DNA from: an uncultured Candidatus Saccharibacteria bacterium
GTDB lineage: Bacteria; Patescibacteriota; Minisyncoccia; Phycocordibacterales; PALSA-1337
Assembly: GCA_964394505.1 (NCBI GenBank)
Contig: CAYMXR010000001.1
Coordinates: 9,878 to 73,877, forward strand
Length of the DNA stretch: 64,000 nt
Direction of reading: 5' to 3'
Under the pieces are notes generated by a model. The model did not search any database, had not been told where the DNA came from, and saw only the letters and a list, made by a program, of their open reading frames with translations. Positions 37,980 to 48,211 of this stretch are shown one piece after another; the first letter of the stretch is position 1; every line of letters starts with the position of its first letter. The position numbers and the translations under genes were made by a program.

Positions 37980-38085
37980 GCTTTTCACTTGAATACCAAA
38001 AGATCACAGACAGATCTAGAGGGACCGCCCACTGTCCACAGAATATAATAATAAAACTGAGTAATTTGCTATAATTGTGATTAGC

Positions 38086-38973
38086 ATGGCAAAAACCTAC
38101 CCGCAGAAACAAACTTTAGTGATTTTTATTGTTTGCGTTATTTTTGTGGCTGGAACTGCGACTTACATTTACGGTTGGCCCTCAACAAAAAACTCCATAA
38201 AATATAGAAATTCCAGTATTCAGCCACAGATAGTAACAAATAATACCAGTACCGGCCCGGAGTCAGACTGGCAAAATCAATTTATTGATGGCAAAGCTAG
38301 CACAACCTTTAGATACGATCCGGTAACACAGAAGAATCCGAAAGCTGGGGTACCAATAAACCCAACTGAAGAATTGGGTCGGGATTTTTTTACAAAATAT
38401 GTCGAATTAAGACAATCAGGACTTAATACGGATGCCAAGACTGTTGATAATGTGGCTACTCAATTAATTAAGGAAAGTGCCTCCAAAATATCGAAACCAA
38501 AAGCATACACTTCCAAAGATATAACTATTGTTCCTGTGGGAACTGGAGTAAACGCAACAAAAATTTACGCTGAAAATCTAGTGGGAATTCTAAAATCATG
38601 GATGCCTGTCAAAAACGAAGCTGAGATTGCCATGGAGGCTTTCGAGGCGGGAGATATGACTTTGTTAAAAGGCATAGACACTGTAATTGCCGGATACAAA
38701 AACGCTGTAACAAGGTTATTGGAGACACCAGTTGTACAGCCCCTAGCCGAAAGTCATCTTGATCTTATAAACGCTATATCTATGCAGACATTCAATGCTC
38801 AAGGGTTAAGAAATTCTGATACAGATCCACTTACCGGTCTAGCAGCCATAAGCCTGGAAGTAAAGAGTTTGGAAGCGATTGCTACCGCTATAGGAAAGAT
38901 GCAAAGTTACTTTGCTTCATCAGGTATTGTATTTAATCTTCCAGTTTCTGGATCAATTCTTCAAAGCCAATAA
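38086..38973 (+). CDS. Hypothetical signal-anchored protein; first gene of the T4SS-like cluster
   Basis: N-terminal TM LVIFIVCVIFVAGTATYIY. The track start at 38077 is a GTG; the ATG at 38086 lies 10 nt after a TATAAT. Confidence 0.4.
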   Translation: MAKTYPQKQTLVIFIVCVIFVAGTATYIYGWPSTKNSIKYRNSSIQPQIVTNNTSTGPESDWQNQFIDGKASTTFRYDPVTQKNPKAGVPINPTEELGRDFFTKYVELRQSGLNTDAKTVDNVATQLIKESASKISKPKAYTSKDITIVPVGTGVNATKIYAENLVGILKSWMPVKNEAEIAMEAFEAGDMTLLKGIDTVIAGYKNAVTRLLETPVVQPLAESHLDLINAISMQTFNAQGLRNSDTDPLTGLAAISLEVKSLEAIATAIGKMQSYFASSGIVFNLPVSGSILQSQ

Positions 38974-38974
38974 C

Positions 38975-40576
38975 ATGTTCAATAATACAATTAGAAAACT
39001 TCAAAAACCCGTTTCCGTCATAATGATATTATCTGTACTACTAATCTCTGTACCAAAACAAACTTTTGCAATCCTCGGTGCTGGCGATACGGTAGTAGTT
39101 GTTGGAGATGTAAGTCCTACAGGAATAACAAACTTTGTCAATCATACTCTGATCAAACTCAAGGAGTTTGTGCTCGACAAAATGGCCACCATGTTAATGA
39201 AGCAAATATTGCATCAAATGACCATGGAAGTTGTTAACTGGATCAATGGAGGCTTTCAGGGAAGCCCTGCATTTCTCACAAACCCAGGAGCATTTTTTCT
39301 AGAGGCAGCCGATCAAGTAACTGGCGCTTTTTTGGCCACAAACGGCCCACTTTCTTCACTTTGTTCACCGTTTGCCATTGACATCCGATTAGCATTGGCA
39401 CTAAGTAAGACATCTATGCTTAATCAGCGATATACATGTACCCTTGGAAAAATTATCCAGGCACAAAAAAACGGTCCGGATATAATCGTGAACGGACAAG
39501 TTGTTCGCTCTTCTCAGGGTTCTATGAATGGATTCCTGCGAGGAGACTTCAATCAAGGTGGATGGCCTGCATTCATTGCTCTCACGACTGAACCCAAAAA
39601 CAATCCCTACGGGGCTTTCCTGTCTGCTGAAGCAGACTTAAACGCAAGAATAAATGCAAAACAAGCAACAATTAGGGCCGATATCCAGCTCGGCCAGGGT
39701 TTCATGTCATGGCAAAAATGTTCAGACATACCTGGAGGAACAGTTGATGCTGAAGACGATTACCAAGTTAATACAGTAGAAAGTATGGTAGGTGTTGACC
39801 CTTCAATCAACCGAAAGGTTAACAAAGACGGAACGATAACATATCAATCTTGCGAAACCCAGACACCTGGATCTGTCATTGCGGGTACCCTACAAACACA
39901 CCTCAATGTTCCAGTGGTAGAACTAGAGCTGGCAGACGACATAAATGCGATCATAAATGCTCTGTTTACAAAAATGACATCGACAATAATTTCTGGTGGA
40001 TTAGGAGCATTGAGTGGTAATTCTGGTGCGGGACCATCGTACACGCAACAAGTAATAGATGAAATAGGTACGGCACAAGTAGATCAGGGGACTTTGGACA
40101 ATTTACAGAATGATATCGGACCAGCAATTCAGAAAATCGATTCATATGTATCGATTTATAAAAAAGCCATAGAAGTGCTATCAGAAACAAAAAACAAATT
40201 TATGGTCGCCAGAAAATGCTTTAGCGATAAGTCGGCAAGCGAGTACGCAGGAAACAAGTTATCAGAAATTGATCTAATAATAAATTCTGATATCAATACA
40301 TCAATCGCCTCAATTGAGGCAAGTATCGCATCCGCAATGGCAGATAGAAAAAAGCTTGAGGATATGTCTCTTACCCTTGCCGGCACAGGTTCTCCAAAGA
40401 AAGTTCAGGCTCAGGCCGAAAGATACTCCCAATTCGTTCAAAGTGGTGGCTTGGATATTCAGTCAAAAATCCAAGTTGCCGAAACCATGCTTGAAAATGC
40501 CCAGAAAAAAGCCAAAGATCTTGATATGAAGGCCACCTTGTTACAACTTGAGTGTTACAGAATGGTTACACCGTAG
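38975..40576 (+). CDS. Hypothetical secreted protein (signal peptide)
   Basis: MFNNTIRKLQKPVSVIMILSVLLISVPKQTFA; the track start at 38912 is extended. Confidence 0.45.
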   Translation: MFNNTIRKLQKPVSVIMILSVLLISVPKQTFAILGAGDTVVVVGDVSPTGITNFVNHTLIKLKEFVLDKMATMLMKQILHQMTMEVVNWINGGFQGSPAFLTNPGAFFLEAADQVTGAFLATNGPLSSLCSPFAIDIRLALALSKTSMLNQRYTCTLGKIIQAQKNGPDIIVNGQVVRSSQGSMNGFLRGDFNQGGWPAFIALTTEPKNNPYGAFLSAEADLNARINAKQATIRADIQLGQGFMSWQKCSDIPGGTVDAEDDYQVNTVESMVGVDPSINRKVNKDGTITYQSCETQTPGSVIAGTLQTHLNVPVVELELADDINAIINALFTKMTSTIISGGLGALSGNSGAGPSYTQQVIDEIGTAQVDQGTLDNLQNDIGPAIQKIDSYVSIYKKAIEVLSETKNKFMVARKCFSDKSASEYAGNKLSEIDLIINSDINTSIASIEASIASAMADRKKLEDMSLTLAGTGSPKKVQAQAERYSQFVQSGGLDIQSKIQVAETMLENAQKKAKDLDMKATLLQLECYRMVTP

Positions 40577-40591
40577 AGATTCCATTAACCT

Positions 40592-42490
40592 ATGAAAATG
40601 AGATTACTAAAAAAATACATACCGCTCATAATCTGTTTGTTTGTCCTGCAGACGGATTTCGCTTTTGCACAAGGTGATATAGCAAAGATTTTTGCATTTA
40701 CTGGAATTGTTGAATTAGCTGACTCCGTAGTAGCCATATTTGCCAATATGGCAATGACGGTAGCGAGCTGGTTACTCATAGCTGCGGGGTATATTTTGGA
40801 CATCTCCATTCAATTGACTCTAAATATCAAAGGTTTTGTAAAAGCTACACCAGCAATCTTCACGGTTTGGAAAAGTCTAAGAGATATTACTGGTCTATTT
40901 TTCATCTTCTATTTGTTATACGCAGCAATACAGATGATGACTGGCTGGGGAAAGGAGAGTTATGGATCAACAATCAAAAATATTGTTATTGCTGGAGTCT
41001 TGATTAACTTTAGTTTCTTTATTGTCAGTTTTGGTATCGATGTCTCCAACATTACCTCCCAAGCTCTTTACGGTGCGATGGTACCAAACAAAGTTATTGT
41101 AAAAATCGACGAGAATGCCAGTATCCAAACTCTGGTGAGTAATGCAGGCAAGTCAGACATTTCAAATATCTTCATGAACACTTTGCGTATCCAATCGATA
41201 TACGACACAAAAGGAAACAAACTTGGCACAGAGATAGGGAATCCGATCAAAACAACTCTTATCGGCATCACTGGTGTAATAATGATGATTACCACTGCGG
41301 CAAGCTTTATCCTCGCAGCCTTGGCATTTATTGCCCGTCTAGTTATTTTGCTATTCCTCTTAGCATTTTCTTCTATTTGGTTTGCCAGCATGGTGATACC
41401 GCAATTAAAAGAAGCCGGCAGCAAATTCCAAGGCGCTCTTATGTCACAACTGCTTTTTATGCCAGCCTATCTGCTCCTCATGTATGTTGCTTTGTCGATA
41501 ATCAATGGTAGTACCATATTCCGTGCTGGGGTGATAGACGGCGCTGCAGCGGGTATCACCGGATCAAATTGGATAATGCCGTATATTATACTTCTGGTAA
41601 ATTTTGCCATCATAATATTTATTTTAAACCTACCCCTCGTGGTTGCGCTTAGTATGGGTGGTTATGCTACCAGCTGGTTCAAGGGCTCGATAGACAAATG
41701 GGACGCATTGAAGGTGTGGAGGAATGTTGGGGGATGGGCGAAAGATAATGCCTGGAGAGGTACCGGTGGCCGAGTCGCAAGCACATTAGCCAAAAGTGAA
41801 GGCCTTAAGAACATTGCTGCTAAAAGCAAATTTGGCGAGCTTGTCTTAAAAGGAGTGCGAGGTGCCGGTGGAAGTTACGATAAGAAACTTGCTGAACAGG
41901 TTGAAGCGAGAACTAAGTTTGCAGAATCACTTGGTGCAAATGAAGGAGAGATAATTGGAATTAAAAAGAAATACAGATCACTCATAGAAAATGCTCTTAC
42001 ACAAGAAAAGCGGGCAAGATCAATGGGTGACACGGTAGCCGCGGATAGATACAAGGCATACGCTGAAAATCTTAAAAAGCAACTTGGCGTAGACTTAGTA
42101 AATAAACAAAAAGAAAGACAAGTAAGTTATGCCGAAAGGATTTCTGATCCTGGTATTCTTAGTACATATCCTAATTTGTGGACAAAAGTTGCCAGAAAAG
42201 ACAAGGTGGCGGCAGCTAAAATCAATATCGATGTATGGCAAAAACAACTAGATAAGAAAAAAGAGGCTGTAACTAAGATAAAACAAGATCTGGAACGCAT
42301 TAAAACAGATATAAGAAGGGAAAAGGCAGCCCGCGGTGGCGTCGTCAGTAAAATAAATGAGGACGAACAAAACAAACTTGAACAAAAGTTAAAAGAAGCA
42401 ACTACTAACCCAAGTCACGGAGGTGATGTTGATGCGATGGGTACAGACGATCTTCAGGACTTGATTGATCAGGAAAAATTAACTAAATAA
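40592..42490 (+). CDS. VirB6/TrbL-like polytopic membrane protein (signal peptide, ~8 TM helices, C-terminal charged coiled-coil)
   Basis: Topology and size resemble T4SS VirB6/TrbL proteins; no sequence motif is decisive. Confidence 0.45.
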   Translation: MKMRLLKKYIPLIICLFVLQTDFAFAQGDIAKIFAFTGIVELADSVVAIFANMAMTVASWLLIAAGYILDISIQLTLNIKGFVKATPAIFTVWKSLRDITGLFFIFYLLYAAIQMMTGWGKESYGSTIKNIVIAGVLINFSFFIVSFGIDVSNITSQALYGAMVPNKVIVKIDENASIQTLVSNAGKSDISNIFMNTLRIQSIYDTKGNKLGTEIGNPIKTTLIGITGVIMMITTAASFILAALAFIARLVILLFLLAFSSIWFASMVIPQLKEAGSKFQGALMSQLLFMPAYLLLMYVALSIINGSTIFRAGVIDGAAAGITGSNWIMPYIILLVNFAIIIFILNLPLVVALSMGGYATSWFKGSIDKWDALKVWRNVGGWAKDNAWRGTGGRVASTLAKSEGLKNIAAKSKFGELVLKGVRGAGGSYDKKLAEQVEARTKFAESLGANEGEIIGIKKKYRSLIENALTQEKRARSMGDTVAADRYKAYAENLKKQLGVDLVNKQKERQVSYAERISDPGILSTYPNLWTKVARKDKVAAAKINIDVWQKQLDKKKEAVTKIKQDLERIKTDIRREKAARGGVVSKINEDEQNKLEQKLKEATTNPSHGGDVDAMGTDDLQDLIDQEKLTK

Positions 42491-42491
42491 T

Positions 42492-43709
42492 ATGGATTTT
42501 GACTATAAAACAATAGAAGAATCTTTCTCCAAACTACCAACTGAACTTCAGGGTATTTTGACATCTCCACACATTGTAGAGAAAATTAAATCGGTTGCCA
42601 CAAAAAACGGCTTACTTATAGACCAGATGTCTTCATTATTTGATATTACTAGTTATATAATATTGGGTTTGATTCCTGCATCCAAATTTTCAGAAATGCT
42701 GATAAAAGAAACTCAAGTCGACAAAGCAAAATCACTGAAAATTGCCGAGGAAATAAATAAGGAGGTCTTTTCAACAATAAAATCAATGATGCGAGAGAAG
42801 CAGGAAGTGGCTGATTTATCAAATACGCCAATACAACCTGCAATCCCGCAAAATATTAATTTAGATGGGAATGTTTCAACTATAACCAAACCATCCCACA
42901 TCACCGATCTGGAGAAAGCTGGTGGATTCACAATAGAGCATGATATGGGAAACGGGGAAGTGGGACTTGGTAGCGAAGATTTACGGGCAATGCCAATGAG
43001 GGACAAATGGTCTCCGTTTGGGCAAACTATCGTTCCAACACCGACTAAACAAACAGTCGAAGCATCTCCTGTGATTACAAAGACCATTGAGGTACAACAA
43101 CCTATTCCAAAATCAGACAATATTCCAACTGAACCATCAACACCAACCCCAGTCATAATAAAGACGATTGAAGCAAAAGAAACCTTTATCAAAGAGCCAA
43201 TAATATCCAAACTAACAGCTCCTGTCGTTGAAGCGCCTATTCAAAAGACTACAGAAGTGATTGAACAAAAAGTTGAGACAAAAATTGAACCGGAAGTTGA
43301 AGTAAAAGAAGAGGTAGTGTCAACAGTTCCAGACAATCTACCAATAGAGCCAGTCACCTTACCAAAAGCAACAGAAGAATCGCCTATACCAAAAGAGCAG
43401 ATCGTTTTACCAAAAACTGTAGGAGAGCCATCTGTGCCAATAGAACCGGAGAATAACTCGCTAGCAGAAACAATAATCAATCTACGCAGGATTAAAGATG
43501 CTACGCCAAAACCACAAATCGAACAGATGCCAACAATTGAACAGCCAACGAAATCAGAGTCAAACACTAAAAAAGAACAAACACCCCCTCCACAACCCGC
43601 TCCAGAATTAATAGTTCCAGAGAAAATAAAATTAAATCCTGGTATACCAAAACCAATCGAACAGCAAAGACCTAGATCGTCTGATCCATACAGAGAACCG
43701 ATAAACTAA
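42492..43709 (+). CDS. Hypothetical protein with a Pro/Glu/Val-rich repetitive C-terminal half
   Basis: 405-aa ORF translationally coupled to the preceding gene. Confidence 0.4.
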   Translation: MDFDYKTIEESFSKLPTELQGILTSPHIVEKIKSVATKNGLLIDQMSSLFDITSYIILGLIPASKFSEMLIKETQVDKAKSLKIAEEINKEVFSTIKSMMREKQEVADLSNTPIQPAIPQNINLDGNVSTITKPSHITDLEKAGGFTIEHDMGNGEVGLGSEDLRAMPMRDKWSPFGQTIVPTPTKQTVEASPVITKTIEVQQPIPKSDNIPTEPSTPTPVIIKTIEAKETFIKEPIISKLTAPVVEAPIQKTTEVIEQKVETKIEPEVEVKEEVVSTVPDNLPIEPVTLPKATEESPIPKEQIVLPKTVGEPSVPIEPENNSLAETIINLRRIKDATPKPQIEQMPTIEQPTKSESNTKKEQTPPPQPAPELIVPEKIKLNPGIPKPIEQQRPRSSDPYREPIN

Positions 43710-43752
43710 ATTCCTTCGCGAGAAAATGATATTTGCAGTATAATATACACAA

Positions 43753-44181
43753 ATGCGATTCCAAGTTCCTCAATTTATAGAAATGGAAGATAAAATCTTC
43801 GGACCACTTACACTCAAACAGTTTATCTATTTGGCTGGCGGAGGAGGTTTGTCATTCGTCGTTTATGTATTCTTAGACAGCCTCATATTATCAATCATCC
43901 CAATTGCTTTAATTGTCGGCATATCTACTTCTTTGGCTTTTTACAAGATAAACAACAAACCCCTTATTTCTATTCTCGAATCAGCTTTTTATTATTACTT
44001 CGGCAACAAATTGTATATCTGGAAAAAGGAAGCTAATGCAAAAAAGGTCAGCGATCCCCAAGCAAATTCAAATAGCTATGCTTCGATCATGGTTCCAAAA
44101 ATTTCCGATAGCAAACTCAAAGACTTAACTTGGAGTTTAGACATAAAAGAAAGTATATATTCCAACAAAAAGCAACAATAA
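43753..44181 (+). CDS. Small two-TM membrane protein, VirB3-like by position and topology
   Basis: Hairpin TM pair; immediately upstream of the VirB4 genes. Confidence 0.35.
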   Translation: MRFQVPQFIEMEDKIFGPLTLKQFIYLAGGGGLSFVVYVFLDSLILSIIPIALIVGISTSLAFYKINNKPLISILESAFYYYFGNKLYIWKKEANAKKVSDPQANSNSYASIMVPKISDSKLKDLTWSLDIKESIYSNKKQQ

Positions 44182-44182
44182 A

Positions 44183-44824
44183 ATGGCCAATTCATCAAAA
44201 GCAACTCAAGAGTTCGTGCCCATCAAGGAGATCCGTGATGGTATTGTGATACTCAAAAATGGGGGAATGAGAAGCCTTGTACTTGTTTCATCTTTGAATT
44301 TCGCACTCAAATCTGAGGATGAGCAAAGCTCAATACTTATGCAGTTTCAAAATTTTCTAAATTCACTTGATTTCTCAGTACAAATCTTTATTCAATCAAA
44401 AAAACTGGACATAAGGCCGTATGTAGCTTTACTAGAAGATCGATATAAAGACCAAGTAAGTGAGCTTATGAAAATCCAGGTCAGAGAATACATAGAATTC
44501 GTCAAGACCTTTGTCGAAAATACAAGCATTATGTCAAAAAGTTTTTTTGTAGTCGTACCTTACGATCCAGCGGCGATAAACATTTCCAAGAATCCTATTT
44601 CTAAATTTTTTCCAGGGAAAAACAATAACCAGACTCAATCAGAAAACGCTGACGAGCAATTCAACGAATACCGAAGCCAGCTAGAGCAAAGAGTAGCGGT
44701 AGTCGAACAGGGTTTAGTCAGGTGTGGTATCAGAACCGCAGAACTCGGTACCGAGGAAGTGGTAGAATTGTATTACAAACTTTTCAATCCCGGAGAAACA
44801 GAGAAACCGATCCAAATAACATAA
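44183..44824 (+). CDS. VirB4/TrbE/CagE-family N-terminal domain as a separate ORF
   Basis: ATQEFVPIKEIRDGIVILKNGGMRSLVLVSSLNF resembles the VirB4 N-terminus. The stop is 4 nt before the next ATG, in a different frame. Confidence 0.55.
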   Translation: MANSSKATQEFVPIKEIRDGIVILKNGGMRSLVLVSSLNFALKSEDEQSSILMQFQNFLNSLDFSVQIFIQSKKLDIRPYVALLEDRYKDQVSELMKIQVREYIEFVKTFVENTSIMSKSFFVVVPYDPAAINISKNPISKFFPGKNNNQTQSENADEQFNEYRSQLEQRVAVVEQGLVRCGIRTAELGTEEVVELYYKLFNPGETEKPIQIT

Positions 44825-44828
44825 AATT

Positions 44829-46643
44829 ATGTCTTTCATTTCAAAATTACTAGGAAAAAAAGAAGAATCGCCAATAGTCTCTGTTCTCCCGGAGGAGATA
44901 TACCAGGCTGGGGTCTTGGAACTCCGAGATGTTATAGCCCCATCAGCTCTCAAGGTAAGCCCCAAGGATCTAAACCTTGGAGAAAAGGTTGGTCGAACAC
45001 TCTTTGTGATTTCATACCCCCGTTTTGTGAACGAAGGGTGGTTTGCCCCGATCATCAACCTAGACAAAGTCTTCAATGTTTCAATATTCATTCACCCCGT
45101 CGATACCGCCAAAATTCTTCGTCATTTCCAAAAGAAAGTTGCCGAAGTTCAAAGCCAAATTTCAAGAAGGGAAGAGAAGGGTTTGGTCCGAGAACCTTCT
45201 TTGGATACTGCATATCAAGATCTAGAATCTCTTCGCGATCAATTGATGCAGGCACAAGAACATCTATTTGATGTCGGTGTTTACATCACAATATTTGCCG
45301 ATTCCGACAATGAGCTCGACAAACTCGAATCAGAGATAAAATCAATTCTTGAGTCGAAGCTAGTCTATGTAAAACCTGCTTTGTTCCAACAAGAACAAGG
45401 TTTCAAAAGCGTTTTGCCGATCGGCGACGATCTCTTGGCAGTTCATTCCAAACTCAACTCTTCACCACTTTCTTCTTTGTTTCCTTTTGTTTCTTTTGAT
45501 CTTACTTCCGACAAGGGAATACTTTACGGCATAAACCGCCACAACTCTTCATTGGTTCTTTTTGATCGTTATTCATTAGAAAATTACAATTCTGTAACAT
45601 TTGCTGTTGCTGGTTCTGGTAAATCTTACTGCACAAAACTTGAGATTCTTCGAACTTTGATGTTCGACACTGATGTCATAGTTATCGATCCAGAAAAAGA
45701 ATACGAATATATGGCCTCGGCTACTGGTGGAAAATATTTCAACATTTCACTCAATTCAGAACATCACATCAACCCATTTGATCTACCAATACCTAGAGAA
45801 GACGAATCCGCCAGTGATGTTTTGCGTTCAAATATCATCAACCTTGTGGGTTTGTTTCGTATCATGCTTGGAGGTTTGTCACAAGAAGAAGATGCTATCA
45901 TTGACCGAGCAATCACCGAGACTTATGCCTTGAAAGACATTACTCCCGAATCAGATTTTCACAATGTAGAACCTCCTCTATTGTCAGATTTCGAGCTTGT
46001 CTTGGCTGGAATGGAAGGAGCAGATTCCTTGGTGCAAAGATTATCCAAATATACAAAAGGCACTTGGGCAGGTTTCATAAACCGACCATCAAATGTTGAT
46101 ATCAACAAAAAATTTGTCGTCTTCTCTTTACGAGACATGGAGGATGAACTCAAACCTGTGGCAATGTACATCGTCACTCACTATATCTGGAACGCTATTA
46201 GAAAAAACCTAAAGAAGAGACTTCTGGTCATAGACGAAGCTTGGTGGATGATGAAATCCGAAGATACCGCTTCATTCCTTTTTGGTCTAGCCAAAAGAGG
46301 CAGAAAATATTTCCTTGGTTTGGCCACTATCACCCAAGATGTTGATGATTTCCTGAAATCTCCTTACGGTTTACCAATTCTTACAAACTCTTCTATCCAA
46401 ATATTGCTCAAACAATCTCCGACTGTGATAGATCACATTCAGCAGACATTCCACCTTACCGATGAAGAAAAATACCTGTTATTGGAGTCGGATGTGGGGG
46501 AGGGTATATTCTTCGTTGGCCTCAAACATGTCGCTATAAAAATAGTCGCTTCATATACAGAAGACCAGATAATCACCACTAATCCTGCTCAAGTCATACA
46601 AATAGCTCAAGCAAAAAAAGAACTAGAAAATCTTGGTAAGTAA
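44829..46643 (+). CDS. virB4: VirB4-like type IV secretion ATPase (C-terminal NTPase portion)
   Basis: Walker A AVAGSGKSY, Walker B LLVIDEAWWM, conserved YPRFVNEGWFAPI region, and the TITQDVDDF motif. Confidence 0.8.
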   Translation: MSFISKLLGKKEESPIVSVLPEEIYQAGVLELRDVIAPSALKVSPKDLNLGEKVGRTLFVISYPRFVNEGWFAPIINLDKVFNVSIFIHPVDTAKILRHFQKKVAEVQSQISRREEKGLVREPSLDTAYQDLESLRDQLMQAQEHLFDVGVYITIFADSDNELDKLESEIKSILESKLVYVKPALFQQEQGFKSVLPIGDDLLAVHSKLNSSPLSSLFPFVSFDLTSDKGILYGINRHNSSLVLFDRYSLENYNSVTFAVAGSGKSYCTKLEILRTLMFDTDVIVIDPEKEYEYMASATGGKYFNISLNSEHHINPFDLPIPREDESASDVLRSNIINLVGLFRIMLGGLSQEEDAIIDRAITETYALKDITPESDFHNVEPPLLSDFELVLAGMEGADSLVQRLSKYTKGTWAGFINRPSNVDINKKFVVFSLRDMEDELKPVAMYIVTHYIWNAIRKNLKKRLLVIDEAWWMMKSEDTASFLFGLAKRGRKYFLGLATITQDVDDFLKSPYGLPILTNSSIQILLKQSPTVIDHIQQTFHLTDEEKYLLLESDVGEGIFFVGLKHVAIKIVASYTEDQIITTNPAQVIQIAQAKKELENLGK

Positions 46644-46663
46644 AATTCTGATATAATCTGAGT

Positions 46664-47149
46664 ATGTCTACGAAGGGAAACAGATCAAAGGGAATTGGTT
46701 GGATAATCATGTATATTTTTACAGGAGCGGTTGACTTATTCCAGATCTTCGTTTCCGCTACTGGTATCGGAATCGTCGCAAGTGAATTTGTTGAATTTGC
46801 AATGCCCTTTATTTTGATATTTGTTTTTCAGTTTATAATCAAAGCCTCCGTCATTACCAAACCAGACCGACTAGGATCTATTGCCGGTGCTTTGGGTCTA
46901 GGCGCCCTCACCGGCGGGATCGCGCCATTTTGGATTGTTGATGTTTGGTATATTCAGAGAAGTGTAAAAAAAGAAGATGCCGAATACAATAGGCAAGAAC
47001 AAAAGCAGCAACTATTGACCAACAACACTAGACAGACACTTTACCGAGACGGAGTAAGGCAACCACAAAGACTAGGACAAGGTGAGGGCAACGATTCTGG
47101 ACCACAATACAAAGAGGGTATACGGACACCAAACGGGGGACTGAAATAG
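46664..47149 (+). CDS. Hypothetical small polytopic membrane protein
   Basis: 3-4 TM helices. Confidence 0.4.
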   Translation: MSTKGNRSKGIGWIIMYIFTGAVDLFQIFVSATGIGIVASEFVEFAMPFILIFVFQFIIKASVITKPDRLGSIAGALGLGALTGGIAPFWIVDVWYIQRSVKKEDAEYNRQEQKQQLLTNNTRQTLYRDGVRQPQRLGQGEGNDSGPQYKEGIRTPNGGLK

Positions 47150-47209
47150 GGATGTGTCACATCCCCCCCTTCAATTGATTAAAGTGCGATTTGCCAGTAA
47201 AATATAGCA

Positions 47210-48211
47210 ATGAATCGTTTGCTATTTTTTATAACATTGATCTTTATAAGCACATTTTCGATTGTCTCGACTAGCGCCCAAGGGCTTCCCATAAACGGTG
47301 GAGGGATAATTTTGACAATGTCTACCGAGAGTCCTGTCCCCGGTCAAAAAATAACCATTACGGCCAGAAGTTACACTATAGACATCAATTCATCAGAAGT
47401 AACATGGTCAATTGATGACAAAATCATTCAAAAAGGATTTGGCTTAACAAAAATGGAAACGATCGCTCCTCCCCTTGGTAAAAAGGTTACAGTGACTGTT
47501 TCGGCCTCTACCAATACAGGAATAAAAATTTCTGACTCTATAACCATAAGCCCCGGTTCAGTCGATATGATAATAGAAGGGGATGGTTATGTTACGCCAC
47601 TTTTCCAAGGCAAATTACCATTATCATACCAAAACACTTTTCGTATAATCGCTGTGCCACACCTAGCAGATTCCAAAGGAGTCGAATACAAAGCGAAAGA
47701 TTTGGTTTATCAATGGAAAAGGAATAGCCGAGTTATAGAAGAAGATAGCGGTTATGGAAAACAAACCTTATCTTTGACAGGAGATATTGTGCCAAGAGAA
47801 GCGACGATAAGTGTCACGGTTTCAACAAGAGATGGTAAAGAGAGAACTACTGGTTATATCTCTGTCCCTTATATTTCTCCTTCTGTATTATTTTATGAAG
47901 ATGACTATTTGTATGGACCTCTTTTCAATAAAACTATAAAAGATACAATTATTATTGGCAAAGAAAAAGAACTTAATGTCTTGATGGCACCTTTTGGTTT
48001 CAATAAACCAACAAAAGGTCTTGGTGATTTGAATCTGCTTTGGACGATCAATGGTTATGAACATCCAGAACTATCTTCAAACGAATCAATTACCCTCCGA
48101 GCTCCAGCGGGTATGTCTGGGTCATCACGAATTGGTCTAGAAATCACTAATGATAAAGATATTCTTCAAAATGCTGATAATGGCTTTTCCATAAAATTTA
48201 ATTCAAAATGA
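47210..48211 (+). CDS. Hypothetical secreted protein (signal peptide)
   Basis: MNRLLFFITLIFISTFSIVSTSAQG. Confidence 0.4.
   Translation: MNRLLFFITLIFISTFSIVSTSAQGLPINGGGIILTMSTESPVPGQKITITARSYTIDINSSEVTWSIDDKIIQKGFGLTKMETIAPPLGKKVTVTVSASTNTGIKISDSITISPGSVDMIIEGDGYVTPLFQGKLPLSYQNTFRIIAVPHLADSKGVEYKAKDLVYQWKRNSRVIEEDSGYGKQTLSLTGDIVPREATISVTVSTRDGKERTTGYISVPYISPSVLFYEDDYLYGPLFNKTIKDTIIIGKEKELNVLMAPFGFNKPTKGLGDLNLLWTINGYEHPELSSNESITLRAPAGMSGSSRIGLEITNDKDILQNADNGFSIKFNSK

Noticed and set aside
44183-46643. Calling the split VirB4 a definite pseudogene
   Set aside because: The stop-AATT-ATG junction looks like translational coupling, and both parts are long intact ORFs. I cannot tell a genuine split from a frameshift without alignment or reads.
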